Shown piece by piece: positions 37,068 to 47,408 of a stretch of DNA of 64,000 nt. Positions within the stretch are counted from its first letter, which is position 1; the number at the start of each line of letters is the position of its first letter. Below the pieces are notes generated by a model. That model did not search any database. It worked only from the letters and a program-made list of their open reading frames with translations, and had not been told where the DNA came from. Location: NCBI GenBank assembly GCA_963713825.1, contig CAVQNG010000003.1, positions 384,001 through 448,000 on the forward strand, written 5' to 3'. Source of the stretch: an uncultured Acidobacteriota bacterium. Its GTDB lineage: Bacteria > Acidobacteriota > Thermoanaerobaculia > Multivoradales > JAHEKO01. Both the position numbers and the translations under genes were made by a program.

Positions 37068-39473
37068 ATGTCGCCGGATCTACGCTATGCCCTTCGTTCG
37101 CTCATCCGACGTCCCCTCTTCTCCCTGATCTTGATCTCCATCCTGGCCATTGGCCTGGGCGCCAACACGGCGATGTTCAGCGTCGTCGACTCGGTGCTCC
37201 TGGAGCCTCTGCCCTATCCCGACGCCGACCAGTTGGTCTGGATGTGGGGTCTGACTCCTGAGCTCCGAAACAACACGCTCCCAGCCCTCGACTACATGGA
37301 CTATCGGGAACAGAGCAGTTCGTTCGAGCACCTGGCCGCCTTCTCGATCTGGCAGGAGCGGTACGTGGTCACGGGCGATATCGAGCCCGAGGTCCTGGTA
37401 GGCGCCGCGACGTCGTGGAACCTCTTTCGTACGCTGGGTATAGAGCCGATCCTCGGTCGGGGCTTCGTGCTGGGGGACGAAGACCCTACCCTGGGCAACC
37501 CGGTGGTGTTGAGCCACGAGCTCTGGCAGCGTCGCTTCGGTCGTGACCCGAAGATCCTCGGCCGAACGGTGAGCCTCGAGGGCAATGCCTACGAGGTGGT
37601 CGGCGTCATGCCCGAGGGGTTTGCCTTCCCGAATTGGGCAGAGCTCTGGCGGCCGATGCGAATGAGCGAGCCACAGGCCGAGGGCCGCCGCAACAGCAAC
37701 TTCCGGATCATTGGCCGGATGAAGTCAGAGGTAACCATCGAGCAAGCCGACGCCGAGTTGGTTGCTTTGCATGCCGGCCTGGCTGAGCAGTTTCCCGACG
37801 TCAAGGAGGGTTGGTCGGTAAAGCTGGTTCCCCTCGAAGACGTTGTCGTCGGCAACGTGCGTGGCGTGCTGTGGATCTTGCTGGGCGCGGTAGTGCTGGT
37901 CCTGCTGGTCGCCTGCGCCAACGTCGCGGCCCTGCTTCTTGCACGGGCGACTGGGCGACAGGGTGAGATGGCAGTGCGCGTGGCCTTGGGGGCATCGCGG
38001 GGGAGGGTAATCCGGCAGTTGCTTACCGAGAGCATAGTCACCGCCCTGATCGGCGGCACCCTCGGAATCGCCCTTGCGGCCGCCATTCTCAGGGGCCTCG
38101 CCAGGATGGGCACTGAAGCGGTGCCACGGCAAGCGACCATCGAGTTCGATCAGACAGCGCTGGTCTTTACACTGATCGTCTCCTTGGCCAGCGGAATCCT
38201 GTTCGGCCTCGCTCCAGCATTGCGCGCGTCCCGGCTCCAACTGGTCGAAGCGCTCAAAGATGGGCACCGAGGAAACCGTGGTGCCGGTGGCTCACGGCTC
38301 CAAGCCGGTCTCGTCGTGGGGCAGGTGGGGCTCTCGCTCGTGCTGCTCGTCGGCTCGGCGCTACTGATCCGAAGCTTCGTGACTCTCCAGAGTGAGGAGC
38401 TTGGTTTTGATCCTGAGGGAGTGCTTACCGCCGATCTTCGTCTGTCGGAGGCCGAGTACGGAGAGGACACGGTGCATCCCTATCTCTTCTACCAGGCGGC
38501 GCTCGAGCGCGTCGAGGCACTCCCCGGTGTCGAGAGCGCGGGCATCACCACCGAGCTCCCAGTGGAAGGCGGCTTTGGCCCATACAACGGGGTCTACGCC
38601 GAAGGCCGCCCCCCCGCAACACAGGCCGAGCTGATACCAGCGGTCCGACGGTCCGTCTCCCCGGGCTACTTCGAGGCGATGGGCATCTCACTGTTGCGGG
38701 GCAGGACCCTGAGAGACAGCGATGTGAACGATGCGCCACTCGTCGCTGTCATCAGCCGTAGTCTGGCCGATACCCTCTTCCCGAGCGAGGACCCGATCGG
38801 ACAATCGGTGGTCTATCCATGGGATCCTCCGGTCCTCTTCGAAGTCGTGGGTGTGGTCGGAGATGTGCGCCTCGGCGATCTCGATGACGACATGTTCTCG
38901 ACCATCTACTGGGCAATCAGCCAGCACGAGCGGCTGAACGCAAAACTGGTAGCGAAGACCTCGGGTGATCCCTCGGCGCTGGCACCTGCGCTGCGTGCCG
39001 CAATTCGCGACATCGGGCCCAACGTACCCATCACTTCGATCCGACCGATGAGCGACGTGATCTCCAAGTCGCTGGCGCTAAACCGGTTCCGCACCGTCGT
39101 CTTTGGCGCCTTCGCTGCGGTGGCCATCCTACTCGCCGCACTCGGGCTCTATGGCGTCCTGGCGCAACTCGTCGGCCGTCGAACCCACGAGCTGGGTGTG
39201 CGAATGGTGCTCGGCGCCGACCGCTTGGACATCTTGAATCGGGTTCTGGCTCAAGGCACGAAACTCACCCTGGCCGGCCTTGCCCTGGGTCTTGCGGGAG
39301 CGGCAGCTACCACCCGCGTCATCAAGGGAATGCTGTTCGGAGTGGAGTCACTGGATCCGGAGACCTTTGTCGGTGCGACCGCCTTTCTCGGGGTCGTGGC
39401 CTTGGCTGCGGCTCTGCTCCCGGCATGGCGGGCGACGCGGGTCGATCCGGTCGACTCTCTGCGGTCCGAGTAG
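37068..39473 (+). CDS. ADOP-type duplicated MacB/FtsX ABC permease
   Basis: DLRYALRSL, GLGANTAMFSVV, LLVACANVA, LTES, PAWRATRVDPVDSLRSE; AAGGAG RBS. Confidence 0.92.
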   Translation: MSPDLRYALRSLIRRPLFSLILISILAIGLGANTAMFSVVDSVLLEPLPYPDADQLVWMWGLTPELRNNTLPALDYMDYREQSSSFEHLAAFSIWQERYVVTGDIEPEVLVGAATSWNLFRTLGIEPILGRGFVLGDEDPTLGNPVVLSHELWQRRFGRDPKILGRTVSLEGNAYEVVGVMPEGFAFPNWAELWRPMRMSEPQAEGRRNSNFRIIGRMKSEVTIEQADAELVALHAGLAEQFPDVKEGWSVKLVPLEDVVVGNVRGVLWILLGAVVLVLLVACANVAALLLARATGRQGEMAVRVALGASRGRVIRQLLTESIVTALIGGTLGIALAAAILRGLARMGTEAVPRQATIEFDQTALVFTLIVSLASGILFGLAPALRASRLQLVEALKDGHRGNRGAGGSRLQAGLVVGQVGLSLVLLVGSALLIRSFVTLQSEELGFDPEGVLTADLRLSEAEYGEDTVHPYLFYQAALERVEALPGVESAGITTELPVEGGFGPYNGVYAEGRPPATQAELIPAVRRSVSPGYFEAMGISLLRGRTLRDSDVNDAPLVAVISRSLADTLFPSEDPIGQSVVYPWDPPVLFEVVGVVGDVRLGDLDDDMFSTIYWAISQHERLNAKLVAKTSGDPSALAPALRAAIRDIGPNVPITSIRPMSDVISKSLALNRFRTVVFGAFAAVAILLAALGLYGVLAQLVGRRTHELGVRMVLGADRLDILNRVLAQGTKLTLAGLALGLAGAAATTRVIKGMLFGVESLDPETFVGATAFLGVVALAAALLPAWRATRVDPVDSLRSE

Positions 39474-39715
39474 ACCTGCCCCTTCAGCTCCTCGCCTTCC
39501 ATCCACCCCTTGATGATCTGGATCCGGTCGAGGTTGCCACCAATCGGGTCTTTGAGTGCCACAACGAGAAAGGAAGGCGAGGCCCCGGAGGGTGCGCTCA
39601 TGAGATCACCGCCCATAGGCACACCCTTCTGGCAGCCGATCATGCCGAACTTGAAGGGGTTCATGCCCAGCTGCTCTGCGAGCTTCAGGCCGAGTAGGAG
39701 ACCGCTGCGCGCGTA
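39470..39715 (-). pseudogene. Internally deleted DUF3604 gene relic
   Basis: YARSGL..NPFKFGMIG|[30 protein letters not shown] aligns with the intact paralogue at 49737, with ~106 aa missing. Confidence 0.85.
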
Positions 39716-39760
39716 ACCGTGCAGCCATTGCGATGCTCGAGAGGTTGGAGGAACAGTAGT

Positions 39761-40702
39761 ATGAAGACTCCCAGATTCTTGGTTCTAACATTCGTCACCA
39801 TTCTGGCTGCAAGCCTCGGACCTTCAGCCCATGGCCAGAGCTCCTCTGGCCCCTATCTGGGTCTGGACCCACCCGGAAAGTCGGCACAGGTTTTCGCTCC
39901 ATGGCTCCTGGGGAGCAATATGTCGCCCGGGTGTTCTGGATTCCTCCGTGACGGTATGGTGTTCGTCTTCAGTGCCATGAAGCCAGGATCCGACTGGCGA
40001 TTCAAGTCGACCTTTGTCACGGAACTGAAGGACGGAAACTGGACCGAGCCCGAGGTCGCCCCTTGGAGTGATCACCTGCCCTACAACTTTACGGTCGGTC
40101 CGGCGGGCCAGACCGTCTACTTCACCTCTCTCAAGTCCCCCGACAAGACTTCCAGCGTGCTATTGGAGCAAGCCAATATCTGGGCCGTCACCTTGCGCGA
40201 TTCCGGGTGGACAGAGCCGGTGATGCTGGGGGCTTCCCTCAACACCGAGGCCTACTACGAGAACTATCCCACGGTATCTTCGAACGGCACGGTCTACTAC
40301 ATGAGTCGCCGTGCTGACAGTGTAGGCAAGACGGACATCTATAGGTCAGAGAATCTAGATGGAAAGTACGGTGAGGCGGAGGGTCTCGGCGAACCGGTCA
40401 ACTCCCCCGAGTCCGACCAGGATCCCTTCGTCGCCGCCAACGAAAGCTATCTGATTGTCTGCCTCACGGGACGGCAGGACAGCCATGGCGGGTACGACCT
40501 GTACGTGAGTTTCAGAGATGCGGATGGTCTGTGGTCGGAACCGAGAAACCTGGGCGCAAGTGTCAACTCCGAGGGTGCCGAGTTCAGACCCTATGTGACG
40601 CCAGATGGCAAGCACCTCTTCTTTACCAGCCATGGAAGGGACGGGGACCAGATGGGCGGGATCTACTGGGTCAGCGCCGAGGTGATAGAAGACCTGAGGT
40701 AG
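39761..40702 (+). CDS. Exported PD40/TolB-like beta-propeller protein
   Basis: Signal peptide, GPYLGLDPPG, repeated WSEPRNLG..VNS motifs, PDGKHLFFTS. Confidence 0.82.
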   Translation: MKTPRFLVLTFVTILAASLGPSAHGQSSSGPYLGLDPPGKSAQVFAPWLLGSNMSPGCSGFLRDGMVFVFSAMKPGSDWRFKSTFVTELKDGNWTEPEVAPWSDHLPYNFTVGPAGQTVYFTSLKSPDKTSSVLLEQANIWAVTLRDSGWTEPVMLGASLNTEAYYENYPTVSSNGTVYYMSRRADSVGKTDIYRSENLDGKYGEAEGLGEPVNSPESDQDPFVAANESYLIVCLTGRQDSHGGYDLYVSFRDADGLWSEPRNLGASVNSEGAEFRPYVTPDGKHLFFTSHGRDGDQMGGIYWVSAEVIEDLR

Positions 40703-40872
40703 ACGACCCGCCACAGACTCCACCCCTGCGGGTGTAGAATGTATCGGAGCCTCGACAGCTTCCGGCCCGGCGCGAAATCGGGTTGGATCCTCGCATCGCA
40801 ACAACTCGAGCTTTACCTCGACTCGTCGGCTGTCGAGGGCCGTGATCTTTCTATTGCTTCGGGAGGTTCGCC

Positions 40873-41661
40873 ATGACTGGACTGCCCCTATCGCAAAAGC
40901 TCGCATTTCTTCTTCTCTTCGTTCTGTTGCTGCTGATGGCCTTCTCGGGGTTCCTCGCCTGTGGCGGGAGCGGGGGGGGTGGCTCATCTGGTCCGATCGG
41001 ACCCGTAGATCCTGGTGGCTTCACTGGCTCCGGCAACGTCGTGGAGGAGTCACGGTCGGTCAGCGGGTTCTCGTCGGTGGATCAGGCAGGAGAAGGCCGA
41101 CTGTACATCGAGCAGACCGGTTCCGAGACGCTTCTGGTTCGCGCGGACGACAATCTCCTGCAGCACATTCAGACCAACGTCGTCGGAGATGAGCTGGAGA
41201 TCCGTACAGCGCCTGGGGTCGAGATCAATCCGAGCCAGGCCATCGAGTATTTCCTGACTGTCGATGACCTGATGGCTGCTGAGTTGACGGGAGTGGGCAG
41301 GCTCGAATGCACAGATCTCTCCACGAACAGGCTGGAGGTCGACTTCAGCGGGGTCGGGAGCGTCTTGTTCTCTGGCCTGGACGCTGAGTACCTGGATCTC
41401 AGCATGACTGGTGTCGGTGATGTCCAGTTCGCGGGAAGGGTCACAGAGCAGATGGTTCGGGTCTCAGGTGTTGGGGATTACAAGGCCCAAGGGCTATCTA
41501 GCCTGCTTGCGACGGTCGAGATCAATGGTAGTCAATCGGCCACCGTGCGCGTCACCAATCGACTGGTTGTTCGAATCACGGGCAGCGGTTGCGTTTACTA
41601 CATCGGCAACCCGATCATCGACAGCACCATCACCGGCTCTGGTTGCGTCGAGAAGCTCTAG
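40873..41661 (+). CDS. DUF2807 (GIN domain) lipoprotein
   Basis: FLAC lipobox, GSGNVVEESRSV, ADDNLL, repeated xGVG/xGSG motifs. Confidence 0.85.
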   Translation: MTGLPLSQKLAFLLLFVLLLLMAFSGFLACGGSGGGGSSGPIGPVDPGGFTGSGNVVEESRSVSGFSSVDQAGEGRLYIEQTGSETLLVRADDNLLQHIQTNVVGDELEIRTAPGVEINPSQAIEYFLTVDDLMAAELTGVGRLECTDLSTNRLEVDFSGVGSVLFSGLDAEYLDLSMTGVGDVQFAGRVTEQMVRVSGVGDYKAQGLSSLLATVEINGSQSATVRVTNRLVVRITGSGCVYYIGNPIIDSTITGSGCVEKL

Positions 41662-41854
41662 AGTCGATCAAGCCACTGGCGTCTCGGCTCGCACTGCCGG
41701 AGCGTCCTTCTGGTCCCTTTGGGCAAGAGTCCAACGCACGGAAGGAGAGACACTCTCCTCTGAGAGTGTAGGCTTCCAACGTCACGACAGAGCGAGGAGC
41801 CTCGAAACAGTGATTCGAGCAAGCGACTTGTGGAAACCCGTCACGGTATCCGGG

Positions 41855-42010
41855 CTGCTAGCGATACCAGTAGTGCTCACCGTTGTGCCGGCCGCCTATC
41901 TCGGCAGCCGAGTGAGTCATCGAGTGCCCGTCCTCCGGCTCCGCAGGATATTGGCTCTCCTCATATCCGCTGCAGCTGTGCGGATCTGGATTTCGGTCCT
42001 GTTCTCATAG
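41855..42010 (+). pseudogene. C-terminal relic of a TauE/SafE-like membrane protein
   Basis: AAYLGSRVSHRVPVLRLRRILALLISAAAVRIW resembles the last TauE helices; no upstream part is present. Confidence 0.5.
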
Positions 42011-42089
42011 ACAAAGCTGCAGTCGTCAGCGAACGACGAACAGCTCCGGGGGGAACTGCTGGACTCTCTACCACGCGCCTGATCAAGTC

Positions 42090-42662
42090 TCAGTTCGATT
42101 CCGGCGGGAATGGGCTCTCCCAGGGGACATCGTAGGTGTCGGTGAGCATGTTCATCATGACGCTGAAGAACCCCACCGCAAGAAGCTCGTCGATCTCGCT
42201 CTCCGAAAACCCCTCGTCTCTGAGCTGATTCTCGAAATCCCAATCCGGCTCTTCGACACGCTTGGGTTCGAGCGCGGCGCGAGAGACGATCTCTATGGCC
42301 ACCGGAAACGAGGGTGGAAGATTGGCAGTACAAGCTCCACCGGAAAGGGCCACGAGGTCCTCATACTTCAAAGTGGGGTCTAGATTCAACGCCGCGTGTC
42401 CGTGCAACGAAGTGCAGTATTCGTTGCCCGCGACAATCGAGATCTTGAACAGAATCAGCTGTTTTAGCAGCGCCGGAATCTCGCCTTCGATCACCGTCTC
42501 TTTGAGCATCGACCAGACCGCACGAAGCGTGTGTGGATTGTGGCCGAGGGCTTTGAGGAACTTGAGCACCGTGGGTGAGCCCATCGTGTCCACGATTTCA
42601 TCGTAGATGGCGCAGACCTCGGGTGACGCGTCTTCATACTCGACCTGGCTGGTTCGTTTCAT
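42090..42662 (-). CDS. CMD/AhpD family protein
   Basis: EVCAIYDEI, LKQLILFKIS, NEYCTSLH, GFSESEIDEL. Confidence 0.82.
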   Translation of the reverse strand: MKRTSQVEYEDASPEVCAIYDEIVDTMGSPTVLKFLKALGHNPHTLRAVWSMLKETVIEGEIPALLKQLILFKISIVAGNEYCTSLHGHAALNLDPTLKYEDLVALSGGACTANLPPSFPVAIEIVSRAALEPKRVEEPDWDFENQLRDEGFSESEIDELLAVGFFSVMMNMLTDTYDVPWESPFPPESN

Positions 42663-42718
42663 CGCTGTCCTCTCGTTGGAGCCATTTTCAGTTGCTCAGT
42701 CACATCTGGATTTTTCGA

Positions 42719-44302
42719 TCAGTCAACGGTGATCGGGAGCTTGACCGTGAAACGCGTCTTTCCCGGCCGCGAGTCGACAGAGATCTGCCCACGGTGCTTC
42801 TCTACGACAATGCCATGGGTGAGATTGAGCCCCAGGCCCGTACCCTCCCCGGGGGGCTTGGTGGTGAAGAACGGATCGAAGATCTTCCCTTGCGCCTCCG
42901 GTGGGATTCCGGGCCCGTTGTCGGCAACCTGAACCACCACCCACTCACCCTCCTGGTACGCCTTCAATTCGAGCTCGCCCTCGTCACCCAATGCCGTGAT
43001 CGCGTTGTCGATGAGATGGGTCCAGACTTGGTTGAGCTCGCTGCCGAAGCCCTGAATGCGAGGTACTCCGTCCGAATAGGCGCGGGTCACGTTGATCCCA
43101 CCCCGAAGCCTGCTGTTCAGCATGACCAGAGTGTCGTTCAACCCCTCGCGAATGTCGATCAATTGAACAGGAGCCTGATCCATGAAGGAGTATCCCTTCA
43201 GGGCCTTGACGACCTCCGCAATCCGCCGAGTCCCGTGACCAATGTCCTCGAGCAGGTGGTAGACCGCAAACCGACTGCCAAAGAAGTCGATCACTACCGG
43301 AATCTCTGACGGGTGGAAATCCTTGGTCAGCTCCCCCAGCTCGGCAGGGCAAAGCCCCATCGCCACCAAAGTCGGCGCTACTTCCCACGGATCTTGGATG
43401 CCATTCTGGTCGAGCCAATTTTCTACCTCTTGTTCAAGATCACTGCGAGCAATGGGATCGAGCGAGTTCGGTTCCTTTGCACGCTTCTCAGCCTCCCTTT
43501 CGAGCTCCGCGATGTAGTCGTATTGCTGGTCCGAAAGTCCCGCCGCGCCGAGCGAGAATCGCGCCTGCTCGAGTCGGCCGATCGAGATTCTGAGTTGCTC
43601 CGCCCCCTGTTTGGAGGCAGCAGCCGGGTTGTTGAGCTCGTGAGCCATGCCCGCGCTCAAACGGCCCAAGGTCGCGAGCTTCTCGTTCTGACGCAGCATG
43701 ACTTCCTGTTCGAGGTAGGCTTGCTCCAGATCCCGAAGCTTCTGTTGCTCCCAGAGCATGTGGACCTTGCGGTGAAAGAAGCTACACACCATTGAGAGGC
43801 ACTTGACGTCGAGCTCGGAAAAGGGCTGGCGTCGCTTGCAGAACAGGAAGAGAGCCTGGGTTCTGCCATCCTCGACCAGGGTATTCACCGAGATCTGCTC
43901 GAGGTCCCCTTTCTGAAAGTGGTCAGGTAGCTGTTCCAGTGCTTCGCCCATCGGCTCACCGCAAAGGATGCGCGTCTTTCGGTCTCGCCACAGCTGCCCC
44001 TCGAGTCTCGAGAGGCCAGCCCGATTGGTGCGCACCACATCCGCCCGGCCTCGGAACCCGTCGACCACAATCGCGATGGGCTCCGGCCCCTCGTTGTTTT
44101 CGGGATCGATGTCGAAACAGAGGTAGCGCCAGGCGTAGACATCTGTGACGTATTTGAGCCTGTGTGCCAGTACCTCCCCTACCGCCTCGATGTCGGTCGC
44201 TGCATTGACGGCGCCGGTCAACTCGAAGAGCGCCTCGTATCGCGACACCTTCGAAAGGAGGTCCTGAACCGAGGATTGCGAGCTGGTCGCCTGGTCGCTC
44301 AT
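42719..44302 (-). CDS. Soluble sensor histidine kinase with a GAF-like N-terminus
   Basis: AHELNNP, ELNQVW, DNGPGI, FDPFFTTKPPGEGTGLGL. Confidence 0.9.
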   Translation of the reverse strand: MSDQATSSQSSVQDLLSKVSRYEALFELTGAVNAATDIEAVGEVLAHRLKYVTDVYAWRYLCFDIDPENNEGPEPIAIVVDGFRGRADVVRTNRAGLSRLEGQLWRDRKTRILCGEPMGEALEQLPDHFQKGDLEQISVNTLVEDGRTQALFLFCKRRQPFSELDVKCLSMVCSFFHRKVHMLWEQQKLRDLEQAYLEQEVMLRQNEKLATLGRLSAGMAHELNNPAAASKQGAEQLRISIGRLEQARFSLGAAGLSDQQYDYIAELEREAEKRAKEPNSLDPIARSDLEQEVENWLDQNGIQDPWEVAPTLVAMGLCPAELGELTKDFHPSEIPVVIDFFGSRFAVYHLLEDIGHGTRRIAEVVKALKGYSFMDQAPVQLIDIREGLNDTLVMLNSRLRGGINVTRAYSDGVPRIQGFGSELNQVWTHLIDNAITALGDEGELELKAYQEGEWVVVQVADNGPGIPPEAQGKIFDPFFTTKPPGEGTGLGLNLTHGIVVEKHRGQISVDSRPGKTRFTVKLPITVD

Positions 44303-44325
44303 TTGGAAGTAGCCATTGAAACTCT

Positions 44326-45243
44326 TTAGCTCGGCATGGCCCGTCGCGCGACAGGGGGAACCCCGAAGTGCTTCTTGAACGTTCTCGAGAAATGGCTCCG
44401 GCTCGCGAATCCCACTCGTCGAGCCACCGCCTCCATCGGCAGTTCGTCCCCCCTTTCCAGAAGCCCCAATGCGCGTTCCATTCGAATCCTGCGCACCATG
44501 CTCATCGGGGGCAGGCCGAAAGCTCTTGTGAAGTTCTGTGAGAAGGCCGAACGGCTCATCGAGGCTGTTTCGGCAAGCTTCTCCACCGTGTGCGAGTCGG
44601 CCGGGTCTCGCAGTATGCGGTCGAGCACCCGTGCCAGACGCTCGTCTTCAAGAGCAGCCAACCACGGCAGCGAGCAGGTACCTCCCTCGCAGAGGCGACG
44701 CAGAAGGTGGACGATGCACTGACTCATGAGAGCCGCTTTCATCGCCTCGCTTCCTGGCCCAGCCGTCGATTGCTCGGCCAAGATGGCCTCGAACGCAGCG
44801 CCCGCTTGCGGGATGTCGGACAAGTCTTCGACAACTACATCCTCGAGTTTGTCGAAAAGACCCAGGGCTGCTCCATAGCGGACTTTCACCAAGCCGCAAG
44901 CAACGATCATTTCGGGAGGCTCCACCGATCCCGTTGCAATCACGGCAGCGCTCGGCAGGTGCTCCGAATCCGGATCGATGAAACACTCCTCACCGGATTC
45001 ACCCTTCGTCTCGAGCGAATGCTGCGCTCTTCTGGGAACAATAGCCAACGAGCATGGCTCGAGGAGCTGAGCGGTTCCCGACGCCGATCGCACGAACCCC
45101 GAACCCGCAATCACGAAATGAAGCATCACCCTCGCCGATCCCGGCAAGACGAGCCGCCGCCCCGGGCTCACTTCGCAAAGGGAGAACGGCTCGACATGAA
45201 TGTCGAGATTCGACAGCAGCTTGTCGAGTAACACTGTCCGCAT
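44326..45243 (-). CDS. AraC family regulator with a cupin domain (RclR-like)
   Basis: LHFVIAGSG cupin, WLAALED, ASMSRSAF, FSRTFKK. Confidence 0.88.
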   Translation of the reverse strand: MRTVLLDKLLSNLDIHVEPFSLCEVSPGRRLVLPGSARVMLHFVIAGSGFVRSASGTAQLLEPCSLAIVPRRAQHSLETKGESGEECFIDPDSEHLPSAAVIATGSVEPPEMIVACGLVKVRYGAALGLFDKLEDVVVEDLSDIPQAGAAFEAILAEQSTAGPGSEAMKAALMSQCIVHLLRRLCEGGTCSLPWLAALEDERLARVLDRILRDPADSHTVEKLAETASMSRSAFSQNFTRAFGLPPMSMVRRIRMERALGLLERGDELPMEAVARRVGFASRSHFSRTFKKHFGVPPVARRAMPS

Positions 45244-45395
45244 GCTACTCCCGCTTGCGCCGCGGCGCAAACGAGGCGGACAAAAGAGCACACATCACGG
45301 ACCACTTGACACCCGGGTTTAGCGACACTACTCGAGAAGGCAGCCGACAGTCGGCTCTCAGGATCTGAAGGGAAACAGAAGAGGAGACCCAAGAA

Positions 45396-46160
45396 ATGAA
45401 GACAAGAACCTCAATCGCAATCGTGGCAATCGTGCTGGGGAGTCTGGCAGCAATCGGCGCCAATGCTCAGCTTCCTGATCCAGGCTTGACGATCGACACC
45501 GCCCGAACCGCCGTGGTCATCACCGACCCCCAGAATGACTTTCTCAGCCCAGACGGTGTCACCTGGGGCCTCGTCGGTGCCAGCGTGACCGCCAACAAGA
45601 CCGTAGAGAACATCGAGAGTCTGATCAAGGCAGCCAAGAGTGTGGGCATGCCGGTCTTCATCTCTCCCCACTACTACTACCCGACCGATGATGGTTGGCA
45701 GTTCGGCGGCGCGGTCGAGACGATGATGCACTCGGTCAACATGTTTGGCCGCACCGGTGCTCTCTCAACGGAAGGCTTCAGCGGCTCGGGAGCCGATTGG
45801 CTCGAGCGCTACAAGCCCCTGATCGAAGACGGCAAGACCGTAGTCGTCAGCCCACACAAGGTCTACGGCCCCGACACCAACGACCTGGTCTTGCAGCTTC
45901 GCAAGCGAGGCATCGACAAGGTCATCCTCGGCGGAATGTCCGCCAACCTTTGCACCGAGTCCCATCTCCGCGAGCTTCTCGAGCAGGGATTCGAGGTAGC
46001 CGTGGTCACGGATGCCACTGCAGCCGCGCAGACGCCTGACATCGATGGCTACGCTGCCGCTCTCACGAACTTCCGATTCCTGGCCAACGCCAACTGGACG
46101 ACAGCCCAGGCCACCGGCAAGATCAAGGCTGGCCCCAGCACCGCGGTCAGTGCCGAGTAA
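45396..46160 (+). CDS. Isochorismatase-family cysteine hydrolase with a signal peptide
   Basis: DPQNDF, HK, GMSANLC catalytic triad; N-terminal signal ending ANA. Confidence 0.88.
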   Translation: MKTRTSIAIVAIVLGSLAAIGANAQLPDPGLTIDTARTAVVITDPQNDFLSPDGVTWGLVGASVTANKTVENIESLIKAAKSVGMPVFISPHYYYPTDDGWQFGGAVETMMHSVNMFGRTGALSTEGFSGSGADWLERYKPLIEDGKTVVVSPHKVYGPDTNDLVLQLRKRGIDKVILGGMSANLCTESHLRELLEQGFEVAVVTDATAAAQTPDIDGYAAALTNFRFLANANWTTAQATGKIKAGPSTAVSAE

Positions 46161-46186
46161 CTCGAGACCGAACCGGAACGTAATAC

Positions 46187-46215
46187 GGGCGGGGTCGATC
46201 GTGACCCCGCCCTTT
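46187..46215. terminator. Stem-loop between convergent genes
   Basis: GGGCGGGGTC-N6-GACCCCGCCC then TTT. Confidence 0.65.
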
Positions 46216-46240
46216 GGACCGAGGGGAATTTGCCAGCGGG

Positions 46241-46807
46241 TCAGAACTTCACCAAATAATCCTTCGCTTCAAGGCATACGCTGAAAGCCTTCTTGAAGTC
46301 CTCCACCTGCTGGGCAGTGGCCGCCTGCTGTTGCGCCGCTTGCTGATCGATCTGACCGGTGGCCTCGTTCTGCTTTTGGCGGCGGGCCCTTCGTCCGCCA
46401 AGTCCACCCACGACAGCGCCGATCGCCGCACCGGTGCCGGGATCATCGCTGGCAATCTGCCCGATCAGCGCACCGCCGGCAGCACCGACCAAAGCGCCTT
46501 TGGCCCCGGCGCCCTTTCCTGCTTGTGAGACCTCTCCTTTCGCCGCCTCGGCTTGTTGTTGCTGCTGTTCGGCCTGTTTGGCCAGTTGGAAGGGGTCGGT
46601 GCCGATATTGTTGACCGCCCAGGTGTAGCACTCGGCCTCGTCTATGTTCTGCTGGTCTGCCGCTTGGCCTTCGGCCGGGAAGGCGTAGACGTTCATCGTG
46701 GCTGCCAGAGTCTTCTGTCCCGTTGGTTCGTTGACTGCAGATTGGGCTGTAGCCATGCAAGCAATGGTGAGCGTCACGGCGACGCACAGGATGAGGATTC
46801 GTTTCAT
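46241..46807 (-). CDS. Exported glycine-zipper protein
   Basis: Signal peptide, YPA.GQ...DEAECY, GAAGGALIG, CLEAKDY. Confidence 0.8.
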   Translation of the reverse strand: MKRILILCVAVTLTIACMATAQSAVNEPTGQKTLAATMNVYAFPAEGQAADQQNIDEAECYTWAVNNIGTDPFQLAKQAEQQQQQAEAAKGEVSQAGKGAGAKGALVGAAGGALIGQIASDDPGTGAAIGAVVGGLGGRRARRQKQNEATGQIDQQAAQQQAATAQQVEDFKKAFSVCLEAKDYLVKF

Positions 46808-46818
46808 GATTCTTCCCC

Positions 46819-47238
46819 TCAATCGTTGGGCTCGATCGGTGTGCAGTAGGAAAAGAGAGCCAGAACGTGGCCCTCCAGGACAACGGCGGTCGATCCGGTC
46901 CCCGAGTCCTGGTCGAGAACAATACTGAATGCGCGGCTATCCTGGACACCCTGGATAAAGATCCGGTCTCCTTCGCGCTCGATGCTCTTCATCGGCGTCG
47001 AGCGGTCTTCGCCGCTCGCTGCCGTGGTGCGGAGCATCTTCTCCTTCAAGTCGACCTTGACGAACCGAGGAGCACTCCATTCACCGGGGTTGCCGGGAAA
47101 GCAGCTTCCGTCGGCAAAGCACTCGGTGGCTCGCACTGTGGTACAGAGCAGGTGATCTGCCCCGGTAACGTCATCGGCAAATGCTGGCGCTATCGCCAGG
47201 AGTGCCAGCGACGCGGCGGCAAGAATCATCGGTCTCAT
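46819..47238 (-). CDS. Exported hypothetical protein with Cys residues
   Basis: Signal peptide ending AFA; AGGAG RBS; four Cys. Confidence 0.7.
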   Translation of the reverse strand: MRPMILAAASLALLAIAPAFADDVTGADHLLCTTVRATECFADGSCFPGNPGEWSAPRFVKVDLKEKMLRTTAASGEDRSTPMKSIEREGDRIFIQGVQDSRAFSIVLDQDSGTGSTAVVLEGHVLALFSYCTPIEPND

Positions 47239-47408
47239 CTTCGTTTCTCCTCTATTGCTGGTTTCGAAAGAGGCAGGGCCTGCCTGGGCCAACGAGCTGC
47301 TGCCTCACCGCCCTCCTCCAATCCGCGGCGAACGCATTTGTAGAATTACAACGATACAGGATGTCACCTGAGGACCTCTATCCGCCATCGGGTTACAATC
47401 ACACCAAC

